The position numbers and the translations under genes are program-made. The notes under the pieces were generated by a model. The model was not told the DNA's origin. It searched no databases and was given only the letters and a program-made list of their open reading frames with translations. A DNA stretch of 64,000 nucleotides, taken from positions 1 to 64,000 of the forward strand of contig JAEOTR010000041.1 in the NCBI GenBank assembly GCA_016839705.1. Reading direction: 5' to 3'. This DNA comes from Promethearchaeota archaeon (GTDB lineage: Archaea; Asgardarchaeota; Lokiarchaeia; Sigyniarchaeales; SOKP01). This document shows, piece after piece, positions 52,086 through 62,924 of the stretch (position 1 is its first letter; the number at the start of each line of letters is the position of its first letter).

Positions 52086-53330
52086 TTAGAAGACTTGTAC
52101 CTTTCCTGCTATTAAACGTCTTCTTAAGTCAAGAAAACTATCCTTGCTCATTTTTTCCTCAAAAACTTCATTCGCAATCTTTCTTACCGACTCAAAATTA
52201 ACATTTTCCGCTTCGATTAATTCTATACTCGCGATCCAAGGATCCGTAATAGGCCTTCCTATCTGAGAGAGCAATTTTACATGAGCTTCTGCTATGTCAC
52301 CTTGACCTAGTTGAAAAATTTCTCTTGCGATTTCCGTACTCAATACATTATAAAGTTTTCCCACATGATTAACTGGGTTTTTTCCACAAACCGCTTCTAA
52401 ACTCATAGTTCGGCAAGGAGTAATAAGGCCATTAGACCTATTGCCACGTCCTACTTCTCCATCATCTCCTGCTTCTGCTGAAGTGCCCGTAATTGTAAGA
52501 TACATGATTCCTTTCTCAATATTATCTGCGACATTAACCTGACAAGTAACATCGCGTTCTGGAATGATATCTGAAGCTAAATCTAAAACAGCGTCTTTAA
52601 TTTGATTTGTGTAACTCATATATTCACTTGCGTCTTCTATATATTTACTTACCATTGCTGCTGCTACGGTTATCCCAACTTCATCTCCAATTCTCTCCAC
52701 CATTATTTTAATATCCTCACCAGAACCTTTGCACTTCTTTTTGAATTTATTTGAATTAATCATCCTTTCAGCTTCTAAAGCAATTTTTTCAACATCAGAA
52801 TATGGGGCATAGCCCACTCCGAAACTAGTATCATTAGCAAGTGGAATATCCTCAGTATGATGTGATTCATCAAAAACTCCGGTTAAATCTATCGACCCGG
52901 GTCTAACCGCATAATCAAACTGAATATCTCGGTTTAAATCAAGGTTTCTAAATATTTCAGATAGTACTTTACGTTGTGTTTCAATACAGATAGTTGCGAC
53001 AGGAATATAATCGAGTTTATTAGACCCATCAGAACATTCTGTAAGAATTTGGTGTATTGCCCTTCCAACAATCAAGAAATATTGTGGTTGGATGATTAAG
53101 CCTCCACCAAATTCTGGTTTTGCAGTTCCTCCAACAAGAGCCGCTTTATCAACATTATGGTGGTACACACGATCGTAATTTTCAAGATAATAAGCACACA
53201 AGGCTCTTGAGCAGGCATCAGCAACTGCATCGCAAACCGTATCAGGATGTCCAATACCTTTCCTTTCAACAAGCTCCGGAAATTCGCTTTTTTCTATTGG
53301 TAAAAAACCGGCTTTCGTTACCTTTAACAC
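52086..53330 (-). CDS. mat: Archaeal S-adenosylmethionine synthetase
   Basis: [26 protein letters not shown] and [13 protein letters not shown]. Confidence 0.97.
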   Translation of the reverse strand: MLKVTKAGFLPIEKSEFPELVERKGIGHPDTVCDAVADACSRALCAYYLENYDRVYHHNVDKAALVGGTAKPEFGGGLIIQPQYFLIVGRAIHQILTECSDGSNKLDYIPVATICIETQRKVLSEIFRNLDLNRDIQFDYAVRPGSIDLTGVFDESHHTEDIPLANDTSFGVGYAPYSDVEKIALEAERMINSNKFKKKCKGSGEDIKIMVERIGDEVGITVAAAMVSKYIEDASEYMSYTNQIKDAVLDLASDIIPERDVTCQVNVADNIEKGIMYLTITGTSAEAGDDGEVGRGNRSNGLITPCRTMSLEAVCGKNPVNHVGKLYNVLSTEIAREIFQLGQGDIAEAHVKLLSQIGRPITDPWIASIELIEAENVNFESVRKIANEVFEEKMSKDSFLDLRRRLIAGKVQVF

Positions 53331-53544
53331 AAAATATCAACTTTTACTTAGTTCGTTTTTTAAAATTATTTATTAAAAAGGTCCTTATTGTAAATATTTT
53401 ATCTTTATTAAATGAAAAATGCTGTTATTGCATTTTATATAACTGCTAAATATTGCATGATTTATATATTTTGTAACTATAATATGCATAATTGATATAT
53501 TTTTTATAATTATAAAACTAAGAAAGATTTTTGAGTCAAATAGA

Positions 53545-54117
53545 ATGCAGAAATTTCCATCTTTAAGCGAAATAAAACCTTTAAGGAAAAAATTAAATAT
53601 AAGCCAAAAAGAACTTGCTTTTGAAATGAAATTAACTCAGTCCACTATCTCAAGAATTGAAAGTGGTACAGTTGATCCTCCATATTCTAAAGTTAAAAAC
53701 ATATTTGAATATTTAGAGAGTGAACGCATAGCTCGTAAGAAATCAAAAAAGCAAGCTAAAGATATAATGACTCGTACAATCATTTCTATCAAGCCTAATT
53801 CATCAATAAGAGATGCTGTAGAATTAATGAATCAACATGGATATTCTCAACTCCCCTTATTAGAGCAAAATGATAATTTTGGAAGCATTACATCGAAAAA
53901 AATTCAGAAATATATAACTGACAACCCTGAGATTCTTGGCGCTGATGTGTCCCTTATAAAAGAATTACCATTTCCTGAAGTTGATGAGAATTGGAATGTA
54001 AAGGATATTTCAGATTTACTTGTGAAATATTCCGCTGTATTGGTAAAAAATGAAACACATAATATTGTTGGAATAATTACAGATGCTGATTTTCTCAAAC
54101 TTTCTGGTAACTTTTAA
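53545..54117 (+). CDS. HTH-XRE plus CBS pair transcriptional regulator
   Basis: SQKELA..QSTISRIESG..DP; YSQLP; GIIT.AD. Confidence 0.93.
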   Translation: MQKFPSLSEIKPLRKKLNISQKELAFEMKLTQSTISRIESGTVDPPYSKVKNIFEYLESERIARKKSKKQAKDIMTRTIISIKPNSSIRDAVELMNQHGYSQLPLLEQNDNFGSITSKKIQKYITDNPEILGADVSLIKELPFPEVDENWNVKDISDLLVKYSAVLVKNETHNIVGIITDADFLKLSGNF

Positions 54118-54232
54118 TACATCACATGAAACCGTGCGAAAGATACGAAAATAGAATTGATTTAAAAATATAATACAACATTAACAACATAAAAAAAATT
54201 TATTTATAACTTACCATTTAAGTAAACGGGAA

Positions 54233-55237
54233 TTGATGACTAGCACTGTAATTGAAAAAGTTAACAACTTGTTAAAAAAGGCTAATTTTGAAACCTTTGT
54301 TTTAGGAAATTTTGCCACAAAGACGAGTAAATTTTGTTTTGATTTATTAGGAAAAAAGGATGATGTAGTGTTTAGTGTTAAAGTTTTTTCTAACATAGAT
54401 AACATAAATCCCGAAGTAATTCAAGATATCAAATCACTTTCTCTGATATTAAAGTCTAAACCATTATTGATAGGATTGAAGAACCGATATCAAAAATTAG
54501 AAGATAATACAATATACGTAAGAGATGGATTACCTTTCATAACCGTTAACACGTTCGAGAATATTCTAAATAACAATATCTTTCCATATGTTTTAGCTCG
54601 GAGAGGTGGCGGCGTAATATTTCTGAATGGATTTTTGATGAAAAAAATAAGAGAAGAACATTCAATAACAAGAAAAGAGTTATCAGAACAATTAGGAGTA
54701 GCTAAGAGAACTATTAGTGCCTATGAAAATGAAAGTATGCGTCCATCGGAGGAAATGGCAGAAAAAATTCTAAGCATCTTAGAAAATAATGAAATTTTCA
54801 AAAAAATAAACATTTTCAAATGGAAAATTAAATACGACATGGATGCCCAAGAAATTTCTGAAGAAAAAGAGTTAAGTGAATTTGAATCGCATATAAAAAC
54901 AATTATTGATGATATAGGATTATCGTCTTATTGGTATAAAAAAGCTACAGTTCCGTTCAAATTATCATTATTTTCCTCACTTAATCAAACAAAGAATGAT
55001 GGTTTTTATCCTCTCTTTTCTAACATCTCTGAAGATCAGAATAATGTTAATGAGATGAATTTTAACAGTTTGAAAATGTTCAATGATTTATTTCATAAAA
55101 CAGCGTTATATATTATCGATAATAATGTAAGAATACCCGGAGCTACTAAAAGAAAAGATATCCATGTTGTAAAAATAAAAAATCTGGAAGAAGTTAATGA
55201 TGAAGAAGAATTCATCGATCTCATTCAAGATTCATAA
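54233..55237 (+). CDS. Archaeal HTH transcriptional regulator (COG1395-like)
   Basis: CFDL, KV..NID, ARRGG and HTH ELSEQLGVAKRTISAYE. Confidence 0.88.
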   Translation: MMTSTVIEKVNNLLKKANFETFVLGNFATKTSKFCFDLLGKKDDVVFSVKVFSNIDNINPEVIQDIKSLSLILKSKPLLIGLKNRYQKLEDNTIYVRDGLPFITVNTFENILNNNIFPYVLARRGGGVIFLNGFLMKKIREEHSITRKELSEQLGVAKRTISAYENESMRPSEEMAEKILSILENNEIFKKINIFKWKIKYDMDAQEISEEKELSEFESHIKTIIDDIGLSSYWYKKATVPFKLSLFSSLNQTKNDGFYPLFSNISEDQNNVNEMNFNSLKMFNDLFHKTALYIIDNNVRIPGATKRKDIHVVKIKNLEEVNDEEEFIDLIQDS

Positions 55238-55250
55238 GGAGAAATAAAAT

Positions 55251-55940
55251 TTGATCTGCGGTATTGACGAGGCTGGTAGAATATAATCTATCTCGGATTA
55301 TATACCAAAAGGCCCCGTAATTGGTCCTCTTGTGTTATGTGGAGTTTGCTATAAAGAATCCAATTTATCCTATTTAGAGCGGATTGGCGTAAAAGACTCT
55401 AAAAAATTAACTGCCAAAAGGAGGAGAATTTTAGCTAAATTAATAAAGGAATCGTGCCATTCATTTAAAATAATTGTCGTTCCTCCCCGAGAAATTGATG
55501 AAAGGGAAGAAAAAAGAATTACTCTGAATAAACTCGAGGAATTAAAAATGGCTGAAATTATTAGAGAATTAAAACCTGATACTATCTATATTGACGCAGT
55601 TGATGTAAATGAAGAAAGATTTACCCAATCAATCCTAGACCTCTTAAATTATAGCCCAAAAGAAATTATTTCAAAACATAAAGCTGATGACCTATTCCCT
55701 ATTGTATCTGCGGCTTCAATTATAGCAAAAGATAAAAGAGATGCATTAATTGAGGAATTAAAGGAAAAATATGGAGATTTCGGCTCTGGATATCCCTCAG
55801 ATTTAAGAACCACAGATTTTCTTCGGGAATATATAAAGAAAAAACAAAAAATACCCCCCTACGCGAGAAAAACATGGGATACAATAAAGAAAATAGTGGA
55901 TGAAGAATTAGGAAACAAAAAAATAACCGATTTTTTCTAA
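55251..55940 (+). CDS. rnhB: Ribonuclease HII, interrupted by a 30-nt intron (exon 1 55251-55279, exon 2 55310-55940; 219 aa spliced)
   Basis: AGGAGA then TTG start; spliced MICGIDEAGRGPVIGPLV; DSKKL, HKAD, SAASIIAK, GSGYPSD; PIP-like NKKITDFF. Confidence 0.93.
55280..55309 (+). other. BHB-type mRNA intron in rnhB
   Basis: TGGT-AG|A-ATATAATC-TATCTCG-GATTATAT-ACCA-AA|A: perfect 4-bp helix, two 3-nt bulges, 8-bp inner stem, in-frame TAA. Confidence 0.88.
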
Positions 55941-55942
55941 GT

Positions 55943-56635
55943 TTATCGTTTTTTCACTAATAAAACAATATGATTTGCTGCGTATTTATGAATGTTAATG
56001 CTTTCAATAATTTTATATCCCCTGTTTTCAAGAATTTTCTTTTCTTGGGCATAGATATATTCAGATTTTTGGACACTATCAATAGATTGAGATTTGACTG
56101 CTAAAACTAATAATCCTTTCTCGTTTAGATAATAATTACTATTATCTATAGCTATTTCTGCTTGGTTAGGTTGAGAAACATCCTGATAAATTAAATCTAT
56201 TTTTGAAAATATTGATTTTGCATATTCATCTGGATATCGAGCATCAGCAAAAATGGGAATAACATTTTTCCTTCGAGAGGTATTTTGTATTAACTGCCGA
56301 ATGCTTCTTTCTGCAAATTCAACACCATAAATTATACCGTTCGTCAGTATATCAGAAAGATGAGAAATAGTAGTGCCAGAAGAAGCTCCTAAATATAAAC
56401 AGCTTAAATCGTCGGATAGAAAATTATTAATTGGATTTTCCAATATTAGAGCTGCCAGTTTACTCCGAAATGGGTCCCATTCCCTATATTCATTTTCTTT
56501 ATATTCGAGCAACCGTTCTCCATAAACTCTATTTCCTTTATCTCTGTTTCTTGTATAAAGTCTCAATTTTTCTTTGGATCCAGATGTGAAAACATTGCAA
56601 AATTTAGGATGATTTTTTATTTCAATTTGTGACAT
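55943..56635 (-). CDS. flpA: Fibrillarin (C/D box 2'-O-methyltransferase)
   Basis: VYGE, YREWDPFRSKLAA, LYLGASSGTT.SH and YQDVSQP.Q. Confidence 0.97.
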   Translation of the reverse strand: MSQIEIKNHPKFCNVFTSGSKEKLRLYTRNRDKGNRVYGERLLEYKENEYREWDPFRSKLAALILENPINNFLSDDLSCLYLGASSGTTISHLSDILTNGIIYGVEFAERSIRQLIQNTSRRKNVIPIFADARYPDEYAKSIFSKIDLIYQDVSQPNQAEIAIDNSNYYLNEKGLLVLAVKSQSIDSVQKSEYIYAQEKKILENRGYKIIESINIHKYAANHIVLLVKKR

Positions 56636-56646
56636 GCTTTATCACC

Positions 56647-57849
56647 TTATCTTCTCTTTTTTGGCTTCTTTTTCTTTCCTTTAACAGGCTCTTCCTTTTT
56701 AGGTGGATTTGGATATTTAATTTCGATTTCGTTTATTTTAGATTCAATTTCTTTTGCTAGCTTATCTCCTATGAATTCACCGTTAAAATAATCGAGTTTA
56801 GCAGCAACTCCAATTTTCCCTGCGACTATTCGAGCAATTTTTCCACGATGATATGATTTTGCTGACCTTATTTGATTCCATTGGAATATTAAACCATGTT
56901 TTGGGCGTTTCTCTCCCGTTTTGAGAAAACGATAAAGAGCTTTTTCAGCCCCTAACAATTGTATTCTTGATGCTGGCATAAAAGCCAGTTTTTTCATACT
57001 ACCTGCTTTGGCGATAAGTTTAGCTCCGATTAATGCTCCGATAATAGCATTTATGTTGGGGGCAATCTTTTCCATTATATCTGCTAGATTAATTTCTAAA
57101 TCTTGTCTATACGAGTCTATAGAGATTATTTGATTTGCATAATCTTTAACCATTCCTAAATCAAAATCCGCTCCCATTGAATCTGAAGCAAATTTCTGCA
57201 AAATTCGAATTTTTTTCTCTCCAAGTTCAAAATGTTTTATTAGATTTTCGTAAGTATATCTCTCCCTTGCTCCTAAAGTAGAAACCATTTTTGCTAAAAG
57301 AATGTTATCTTCAATAATCTTATCGGTTAATTCTGGAAAATATAAACCATACCATTCTCTGAGTTGACTTGAAAATAAACTTATAGATTTTTTAAGTATA
57401 TCTAGAGTACCAATGATCTGAATAATTAAATTATCAGAATGACCACTTTCTTCTCTTACTTTTTTCTTGGTTAATTCCTCGTTGATTATTTTATATTGTG
57501 CGAGAATTTCATCTTTCCTTTTAATTATTCCTATGTTTTTTAATTGAGTTTCTAAATTGAGACGAAAATTTTTAAGTTCAAGTGAATCACTTTCTAAAAG
57601 TATACCATATCCTAATTGTTTTGTTAGTGTATGTAATTGTTTATTATCAAATACAAACTCTTCAAATCCAGAATTCTTCAATTCAGATAAAAACTCTTTG
57701 TATTTACTCTGAATGATACCTTTATCAATATCAATATAGAATTGAATAATTTTCTGGGTATCATTTTCAAAATCAATAAAATTCAAAATGGTTCCAGTTT
57801 CATCAAAAGCGAAAATCCCAACTAAAGTATCTGCTATATATGACTTCAT
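56647..57849 (-). CDS. nop5: Nop5 (Nop56/58) C/D RNP subunit
   Basis: REWYG.YFPEL, PASRIQLLGAEKAL, PKHG and basic tail. Confidence 0.97.
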   Translation of the reverse strand: MKSYIADTLVGIFAFDETGTILNFIDFENDTQKIIQFYIDIDKGIIQSKYKEFLSELKNSGFEEFVFDNKQLHTLTKQLGYGILLESDSLELKNFRLNLETQLKNIGIIKRKDEILAQYKIINEELTKKKVREESGHSDNLIIQIIGTLDILKKSISLFSSQLREWYGLYFPELTDKIIEDNILLAKMVSTLGARERYTYENLIKHFELGEKKIRILQKFASDSMGADFDLGMVKDYANQIISIDSYRQDLEINLADIMEKIAPNINAIIGALIGAKLIAKAGSMKKLAFMPASRIQLLGAEKALYRFLKTGEKRPKHGLIFQWNQIRSAKSYHRGKIARIVAGKIGVAAKLDYFNGEFIGDKLAKEIESKINEIEIKYPNPPKKEEPVKGKKKKPKKRR

Positions 57850-57924
57850 TTTTATGAGAAAAACAGAGATATTTTTTCGTCATTAATAATTATTATAAAA
57901 TTATAATCATTATTTTCTTAAAAA

Positions 57925-58851
57925 ATGCTTGAAATAAATCTCTCTGGGTTAAAGCTAAAATCTCCTCTTATTTTAGCTTCTGGAATTCTAGGTGTATCCT
58001 ATTCTTCAATGAAGAGAATATTCAATGCCGGGGCTGGGGCAGTAACTTCTAAATCGATTGGACCTAGAGCAAGAAAAGGTTATAAAAACCCTTCTATCTT
58101 AGAGATTTATCCCGGTACTTTTATAAATGCTGTTGGTCTTGGAAATCCTGGAATTGATAATTTCTTATCTGAAATTAAAGAAATAAAAGAAAATAAAATC
58201 CCCCTTATAGTTAGTGTGTTTGGAGATACAAACCAATCATATTTAAATGTTGCTACTAAAGCAGAACAGGCAGGTGCCGATGCTATTGAGATTAATATAT
58301 CTTGTCCACACGCAGAGGTATCATCGATAGGAATAGACAAAGATCTAACTTATTCCCTAGTTAAAACTCTAAAAGAAAAATTAGAAGTCCCGCTTTTTGT
58401 TAAGTTAAACCCTAACGTTACAAGTATAGGGGAAATAGCTTTAGCAGCGGAAAAGGGTGGTGCTGATGGAGTCGTTGCGATAAATACTCTAAGTGCTATG
58501 GTAATTGATATAAACACTAAAAGACCAATATTAGCTCATGGAAGTGGGGGTCTATCTGGAAGGGCGATTCATCCAATTGCCATTAAAAAAGTATATGATC
58601 TTTATCAATTATTAAAAATTCCAATTATTGGATGCGGAGGCATCTCTACTTGGAAAGAAGTAGTCGAATTTATATTGGCGGGTGCTTCTGCTGTTCAAAT
58701 TGGGACTGCACTTTATAGGGGTGTCGAGATCATTACTGAAATTAATAATTCCTTACTCAATTTTCTAAAGATTAACGGATATAAATCTATATCTGAATTA
58801 ATTGGATTATCACATGAATTTAAAACTCAGGAGGTACCTGATTTTGACTGA
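57925..58851 (+). CDS. pyrD: Dihydroorotate dehydrogenase 1B catalytic subunit
   Basis: LASG, KS, NAVGLGNPG, EINISCPH and GGLSG. Confidence 0.96.
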   Translation: MLEINLSGLKLKSPLILASGILGVSYSSMKRIFNAGAGAVTSKSIGPRARKGYKNPSILEIYPGTFINAVGLGNPGIDNFLSEIKEIKENKIPLIVSVFGDTNQSYLNVATKAEQAGADAIEINISCPHAEVSSIGIDKDLTYSLVKTLKEKLEVPLFVKLNPNVTSIGEIALAAEKGGADGVVAINTLSAMVIDINTKRPILAHGSGGLSGRAIHPIAIKKVYDLYQLLKIPIIGCGGISTWKEVVEFILAGASAVQIGTALYRGVEIITEINNSLLNFLKINGYKSISELIGLSHEFKTQEVPDFD

Positions 58852-59692
58852 AAACATAATAAGAACAGTCATTATAACAAAATCAACAGATGAATGTAAA
58901 GACATTAAAACATTATCATTCAATATGAAAGAGGAGAACACAAACTACATTCCACCAAAACCTGGGCAATTTGTTATGATTTGGGTTCCTGGTGTTGATG
59001 AAATCCCTATGTCTATATCTGATTGTGATATAAATGGAAATTGGAGTATTACAGTAAAAAATATTGGTGAATGTACCAATGCGATTTATAACCTAAAAGA
59101 GGGTGATTTTATTGGCGTCAGAGGACCTTTAGGTAATTGGTTTGAACTTCCGGAAGAAAAATCTAAAAACATATTTTTAATCGGGGGAGGAATAGGTATG
59201 GCTCCTCTTCGTTTTCTTACCCAAGAGTTGTATAAACATAAATTTTCCTTTATTCTAATTCAAGGTGCAAAAATCAAAAGCGAATTAATGTTTACAACTC
59301 AATTTCAAATGTTAGACAAGAATTCTACCGATATTTTTTATTGTACTGAAGATGGGAGTTATGGAACCGAAGGCATTGTAACTCTAGCTTTTGAAAGAAT
59401 TTTGGAAACTTACTCAAAAAGGCTACATTCAAATGCAATAACTTATACTTGTGGTCCTGAAAAAATGATATATTCTATCTACGAAATATGTGAGAAATGG
59501 AATATAGAACTTCATGCTAGTCTGGAGCGAATAATGAGATGTGGGTGTGGGCTGTGTGGATTGTGTGCAATCGATCCTTTAGGTTTATTAGTTTGTAAAG
59601 ACGGACCTGTATTTAAGACTGAATCCTTAAAGAAGATGGAAGATTTTGGAAAATATAAAAGAGATTTTACCGGTAGGAAAGTAAAATTGTAA
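58844..59692 (+). CDS. pyrK: Dihydroorotate dehydrogenase electron-transfer subunit
   Basis: PGQFVM, GGGIG.AP, CGP, CGCGLCGLC..VCKDGP; TTG 58844 follows GGAGGT, preferred over track start 58802. Confidence 0.95.
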   Translation: MTENIIRTVIITKSTDECKDIKTLSFNMKEENTNYIPPKPGQFVMIWVPGVDEIPMSISDCDINGNWSITVKNIGECTNAIYNLKEGDFIGVRGPLGNWFELPEEKSKNIFLIGGGIGMAPLRFLTQELYKHKFSFILIQGAKIKSELMFTTQFQMLDKNSTDIFYCTEDGSYGTEGIVTLAFERILETYSKRLHSNAITYTCGPEKMIYSIYEICEKWNIELHASLERIMRCGCGLCGLCAIDPLGLLVCKDGPVFKTESLKKMEDFGKYKRDFTGRKVKL

Positions 59693-59723
59693 AAACCTAA
59701 TTATTTTTTGAATATCACTTGAC

Positions 59724-61355
59724 ATGGCTTCTGAAAAAACTGAATTTCCTGAAAAAATTGAAAAAATCTCTAGGGAAATAATCAAATTCCTAATTCAGAA
59801 TCCACAGACTTCTCGGAAAAGAATTACTAATATAAAAGGTAAAATAGGAAAAAAATTCAACTTTAAAAAAGTTATTAAGAATGCTACAATCTTAGATTAT
59901 GCTACTCCAGATGAGAAAGAAATTATTCTTCCAATCCTGAAAAGGAGATCTACTAGAACCTTATCAGGTGTCTCTGTTATAGCTATAATGACGAAACCAC
60001 TTCCATGTCCAGGAACATGCATTTACTGTCCCGGACAGAATTCACAACCCGGTGAAAAGGTAGCCCAATCTTACACTGGTCGAGAACCCGCAGCCATGAG
60101 ATCTATCCATAATAATTATGACCCTTATCAACAAGTACAGAGCAGAATCAGAGATTTGGAGGTCATCGGTCATACTGTAGACAAAATTGAGCTTATTTGT
60201 ATGGGAGGTACCTTTTTATCTACAGATCTCAATTATCAACAAGAATTCATTAAGGGTGCTCTTGAAGGGATTATTGAACAGAGAGTTAAGAGCTTAGAGG
60301 AAGCTAAAAAGCTTGCTGAAACTTCTAAAAGAAGAGTTATAGGAATTACTGTTGAAACTAGACCAGATTATTGTAAAGAGGAACATGTAGACAGAATGCT
60401 TAAATATGGAACAACTCGAGTTGAACTTGGCATACAAACAGTCTATGATGATGTTTATGATTTGGTTAAAAGAGGTCATACCTCTATTGATAGCATTGAA
60501 GCAATTAGAATTGCTAAAGATGCGGGTTTAAAAATAAATGCTCATATAATGCCCAATCTGCCTGGTTCTGATTATTCTAAAGATTTAGAATTATTTGATA
60601 CATTATTTTCTAACTCCAATTATCGGCCAGATATGCTAAAGATTTATCCAACTTTAGTAATACATGGGACAGAATTGTATAATTGGTGGAAAGAAGGCAA
60701 ATATTCTCCTTACTTAGATGAAGAATTAATAGATTTAATCGCAAAGGTTAAAACTAATCTTCCACCTTATGTTAGGATTCAAAGAATTATGAGAGATATT
60801 CCCGCAACTTTAATTGAAGCTGGTTGCAAAAACAGCAATTTAAGGCAAATAGTGCAAGAAAGATTAAGAGAAATAGAAGATACATGTAAATGTATAAGAT
60901 GTAGGGAGTATGGGATCAGGAAGAAAAAGGAAATTATCGATGAGCGCTCTCTCGACGAAATTAAATTATATCGACTAGATTATGAAGCATCCGAAGGACA
61001 AGAAATTTTCTTGTCTTACGAGAATCAGAAAGAAGGATATTTGGTAGGTTATTTACGCTTACGACAACCCTCTGAATCTGCTCATAGACCTGAATTAAAT
61101 GATGGAAGGACCTTGATCGTAAGGGAAATTAAAGTTGTTGGCGAATTAGTACCAAGGGATATGAAGCCAAATCGATTTTCTCAAATCCAGCATCGAGGAT
61201 TTGGAAAGATGTTAATGCAAAATGCTGAGAAAATCTCATTCGAAGAATTCAATGCAAAAAAATTAGCCGTGATTAGCGGTATAGGTGCTAGAGATTGGTT
61301 CTATGAAATGGGATATAATTTAGATGGGGTATATGTTTCTAAATCTTTTGAATAA
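59724..61355 (+). CDS. elp3: tRNA uridine(34) acetyltransferase Elp3
   Basis: CPGTCIYCP, QSYTG.EP, ETRPD, CKCIRCRE and QHRGFG. Confidence 0.97.
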   Translation: MASEKTEFPEKIEKISREIIKFLIQNPQTSRKRITNIKGKIGKKFNFKKVIKNATILDYATPDEKEIILPILKRRSTRTLSGVSVIAIMTKPLPCPGTCIYCPGQNSQPGEKVAQSYTGREPAAMRSIHNNYDPYQQVQSRIRDLEVIGHTVDKIELICMGGTFLSTDLNYQQEFIKGALEGIIEQRVKSLEEAKKLAETSKRRVIGITVETRPDYCKEEHVDRMLKYGTTRVELGIQTVYDDVYDLVKRGHTSIDSIEAIRIAKDAGLKINAHIMPNLPGSDYSKDLELFDTLFSNSNYRPDMLKIYPTLVIHGTELYNWWKEGKYSPYLDEELIDLIAKVKTNLPPYVRIQRIMRDIPATLIEAGCKNSNLRQIVQERLREIEDTCKCIRCREYGIRKKKEIIDERSLDEIKLYRLDYEASEGQEIFLSYENQKEGYLVGYLRLRQPSESAHRPELNDGRTLIVREIKVVGELVPRDMKPNRFSQIQHRGFGKMLMQNAEKISFEEFNAKKLAVISGIGARDWFYEMGYNLDGVYVSKSFE

Positions 61356-61502
61356 TTAAGATTTCTAAATTCCTAGAGTATTGAATAGTCTGAACTTGAA
61401 AAGTTATTAACTTACATTTAAAAAATTATGTTTTTTTATAAGTTAATATACAAAAAGTTACATTATATTTTTGTGTCTAAAAAATAGGGTTATGGGTAAA
61501 AA

Positions 61503-62573
61503 ATGACATCAACAACAAAAAAAACTTCTCAACAAACAATTTCGATAAGTCCTAAACTTAAAGAACGAATTGAAAAATATGTCACGGCAAACCAACAGAA
61601 ATTTCCAAAAGATAATAGGTTTAAAAGTATTTCTGCTTTTTATACCAGCGTGATGGAAAAGGTATTGGATAGTTTTGAAAAAGGTAAAACTCTTGATGAT
61701 TTTGAAAGCTTTGTGGATAGTGATATTAAAGATTTTTTCGAGAAAATCTCCTTTAATGGGCTTATTCCGTATTACGAGGATGCAATTATAGCCAATAGAT
61801 ACCAAACTACTACTCTTGAAAGAAATCCTTTTTTCTACTTCACACTGAGAAGGTTCTATACATCAAGAATGGACCCCTATGATATTAAGAGCATACAATC
61901 CGTGTTCGATAGAGTTAGAAATTATATTCTTTCAAATAATCTTACTAAAGAATTCAGGTTAGATATTTTCTCTGGAAAAGGTGAAAAAAATCTAACGGCG
62001 GTTTTTGAACAAGCAGGTTTACATCAAAATTTATGTTTTGAGAATTTCAAATTTTCGGCAGCACTTTTCGGCTTATTAGGCGCAAAAATTACTAATTATC
62101 TATATTCCAGAAAAAATAATTATTGTAGATTTGATCTAAAAACTACAGATTTATTTTATCGAAAAGAGCTTTTAAAAAGAGAAAGGATCAAGCTAATGGA
62201 AGATAACTTATCCCATTTTATAAATTATAATAGAATAGTAGAAGATAAAGACTTTTTCCTATGGATGAAGATAGCGAGAGATAAGAATGCTTTCATATCG
62301 TTTACTAATGATGAAACTAAACAAGAATGGGTAAACTTAATAGAAAGCGAAATTGAACAATTTGGGGATGAAGATGATTATCATCTTAATATACTAAGGC
62401 TTTTTCAGAGACTTCATTGGATCGAAATTGAAAATGAGAAAGAATTGTTATTCCGAATTATACTACCCACATCTACAGACCAAAGTAATATCGATTATTT
62501 ATTAGAAACCCTTTCAAAAAAGGTAGAAATTATAATAAACAATGGTAAATATCAATTAAAAAAAAGGAAATGA
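61503..62573 (+). CDS. Hypothetical protein, N-terminal ribbon-helix-helix-like (paralog 1)
   Basis: QQTISISPKLK..I.KY..F.SISAF. Confidence 0.8.
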   Translation: MTSTTKKTSQQTISISPKLKERIEKYVTANQQKFPKDNRFKSISAFYTSVMEKVLDSFEKGKTLDDFESFVDSDIKDFFEKISFNGLIPYYEDAIIANRYQTTTLERNPFFYFTLRRFYTSRMDPYDIKSIQSVFDRVRNYILSNNLTKEFRLDIFSGKGEKNLTAVFEQAGLHQNLCFENFKFSAALFGLLGAKITNYLYSRKNNYCRFDLKTTDLFYRKELLKRERIKLMEDNLSHFINYNRIVEDKDFFLWMKIARDKNAFISFTNDETKQEWVNLIESEIEQFGDEDDYHLNILRLFQRLHWIEIENEKELLFRIILPTSTDQSNIDYLLETLSKKVEIIINNGKYQLKKRK

Positions 62574-62924
62574 AAGGCTAAAAAGATTAGATCTCATCCC
62601 TCAATTATCCTGTTTTGTTAATACCTGGTTTTTGCCTTTATGTCCTTAAAGATTCCCGTCTTTCCCCTTGATTTTATTGTCTAAATATAATTCATGACTA
62701 TGAATATTTAAAGTAATATATTAGTCATTAAAAACATGAAATTTTAAAAATGTACACTAAAAAAAGATTTTTAAAGAAAATTAGAATAGAAACATAATAT
62801 TGGATAATATGTATTTTGTAAAGTAAATAATATTAAAGAAAATTTATATTTAGCTTATGTGAATTAAAAACATGGTAGATTTTATCTACTAAATATTTAA
62901 TAATTAAGTAAAATGTTTATAATT

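Noticed and set aside
55332-55940. Track ORF as the complete RNase HII, or rnhB as a pseudogene
   Set aside because: It lacks the catalytic DEAG residues, which lie in frame upstream with an SD. The precise BHB and intact downstream motifs favour an intron
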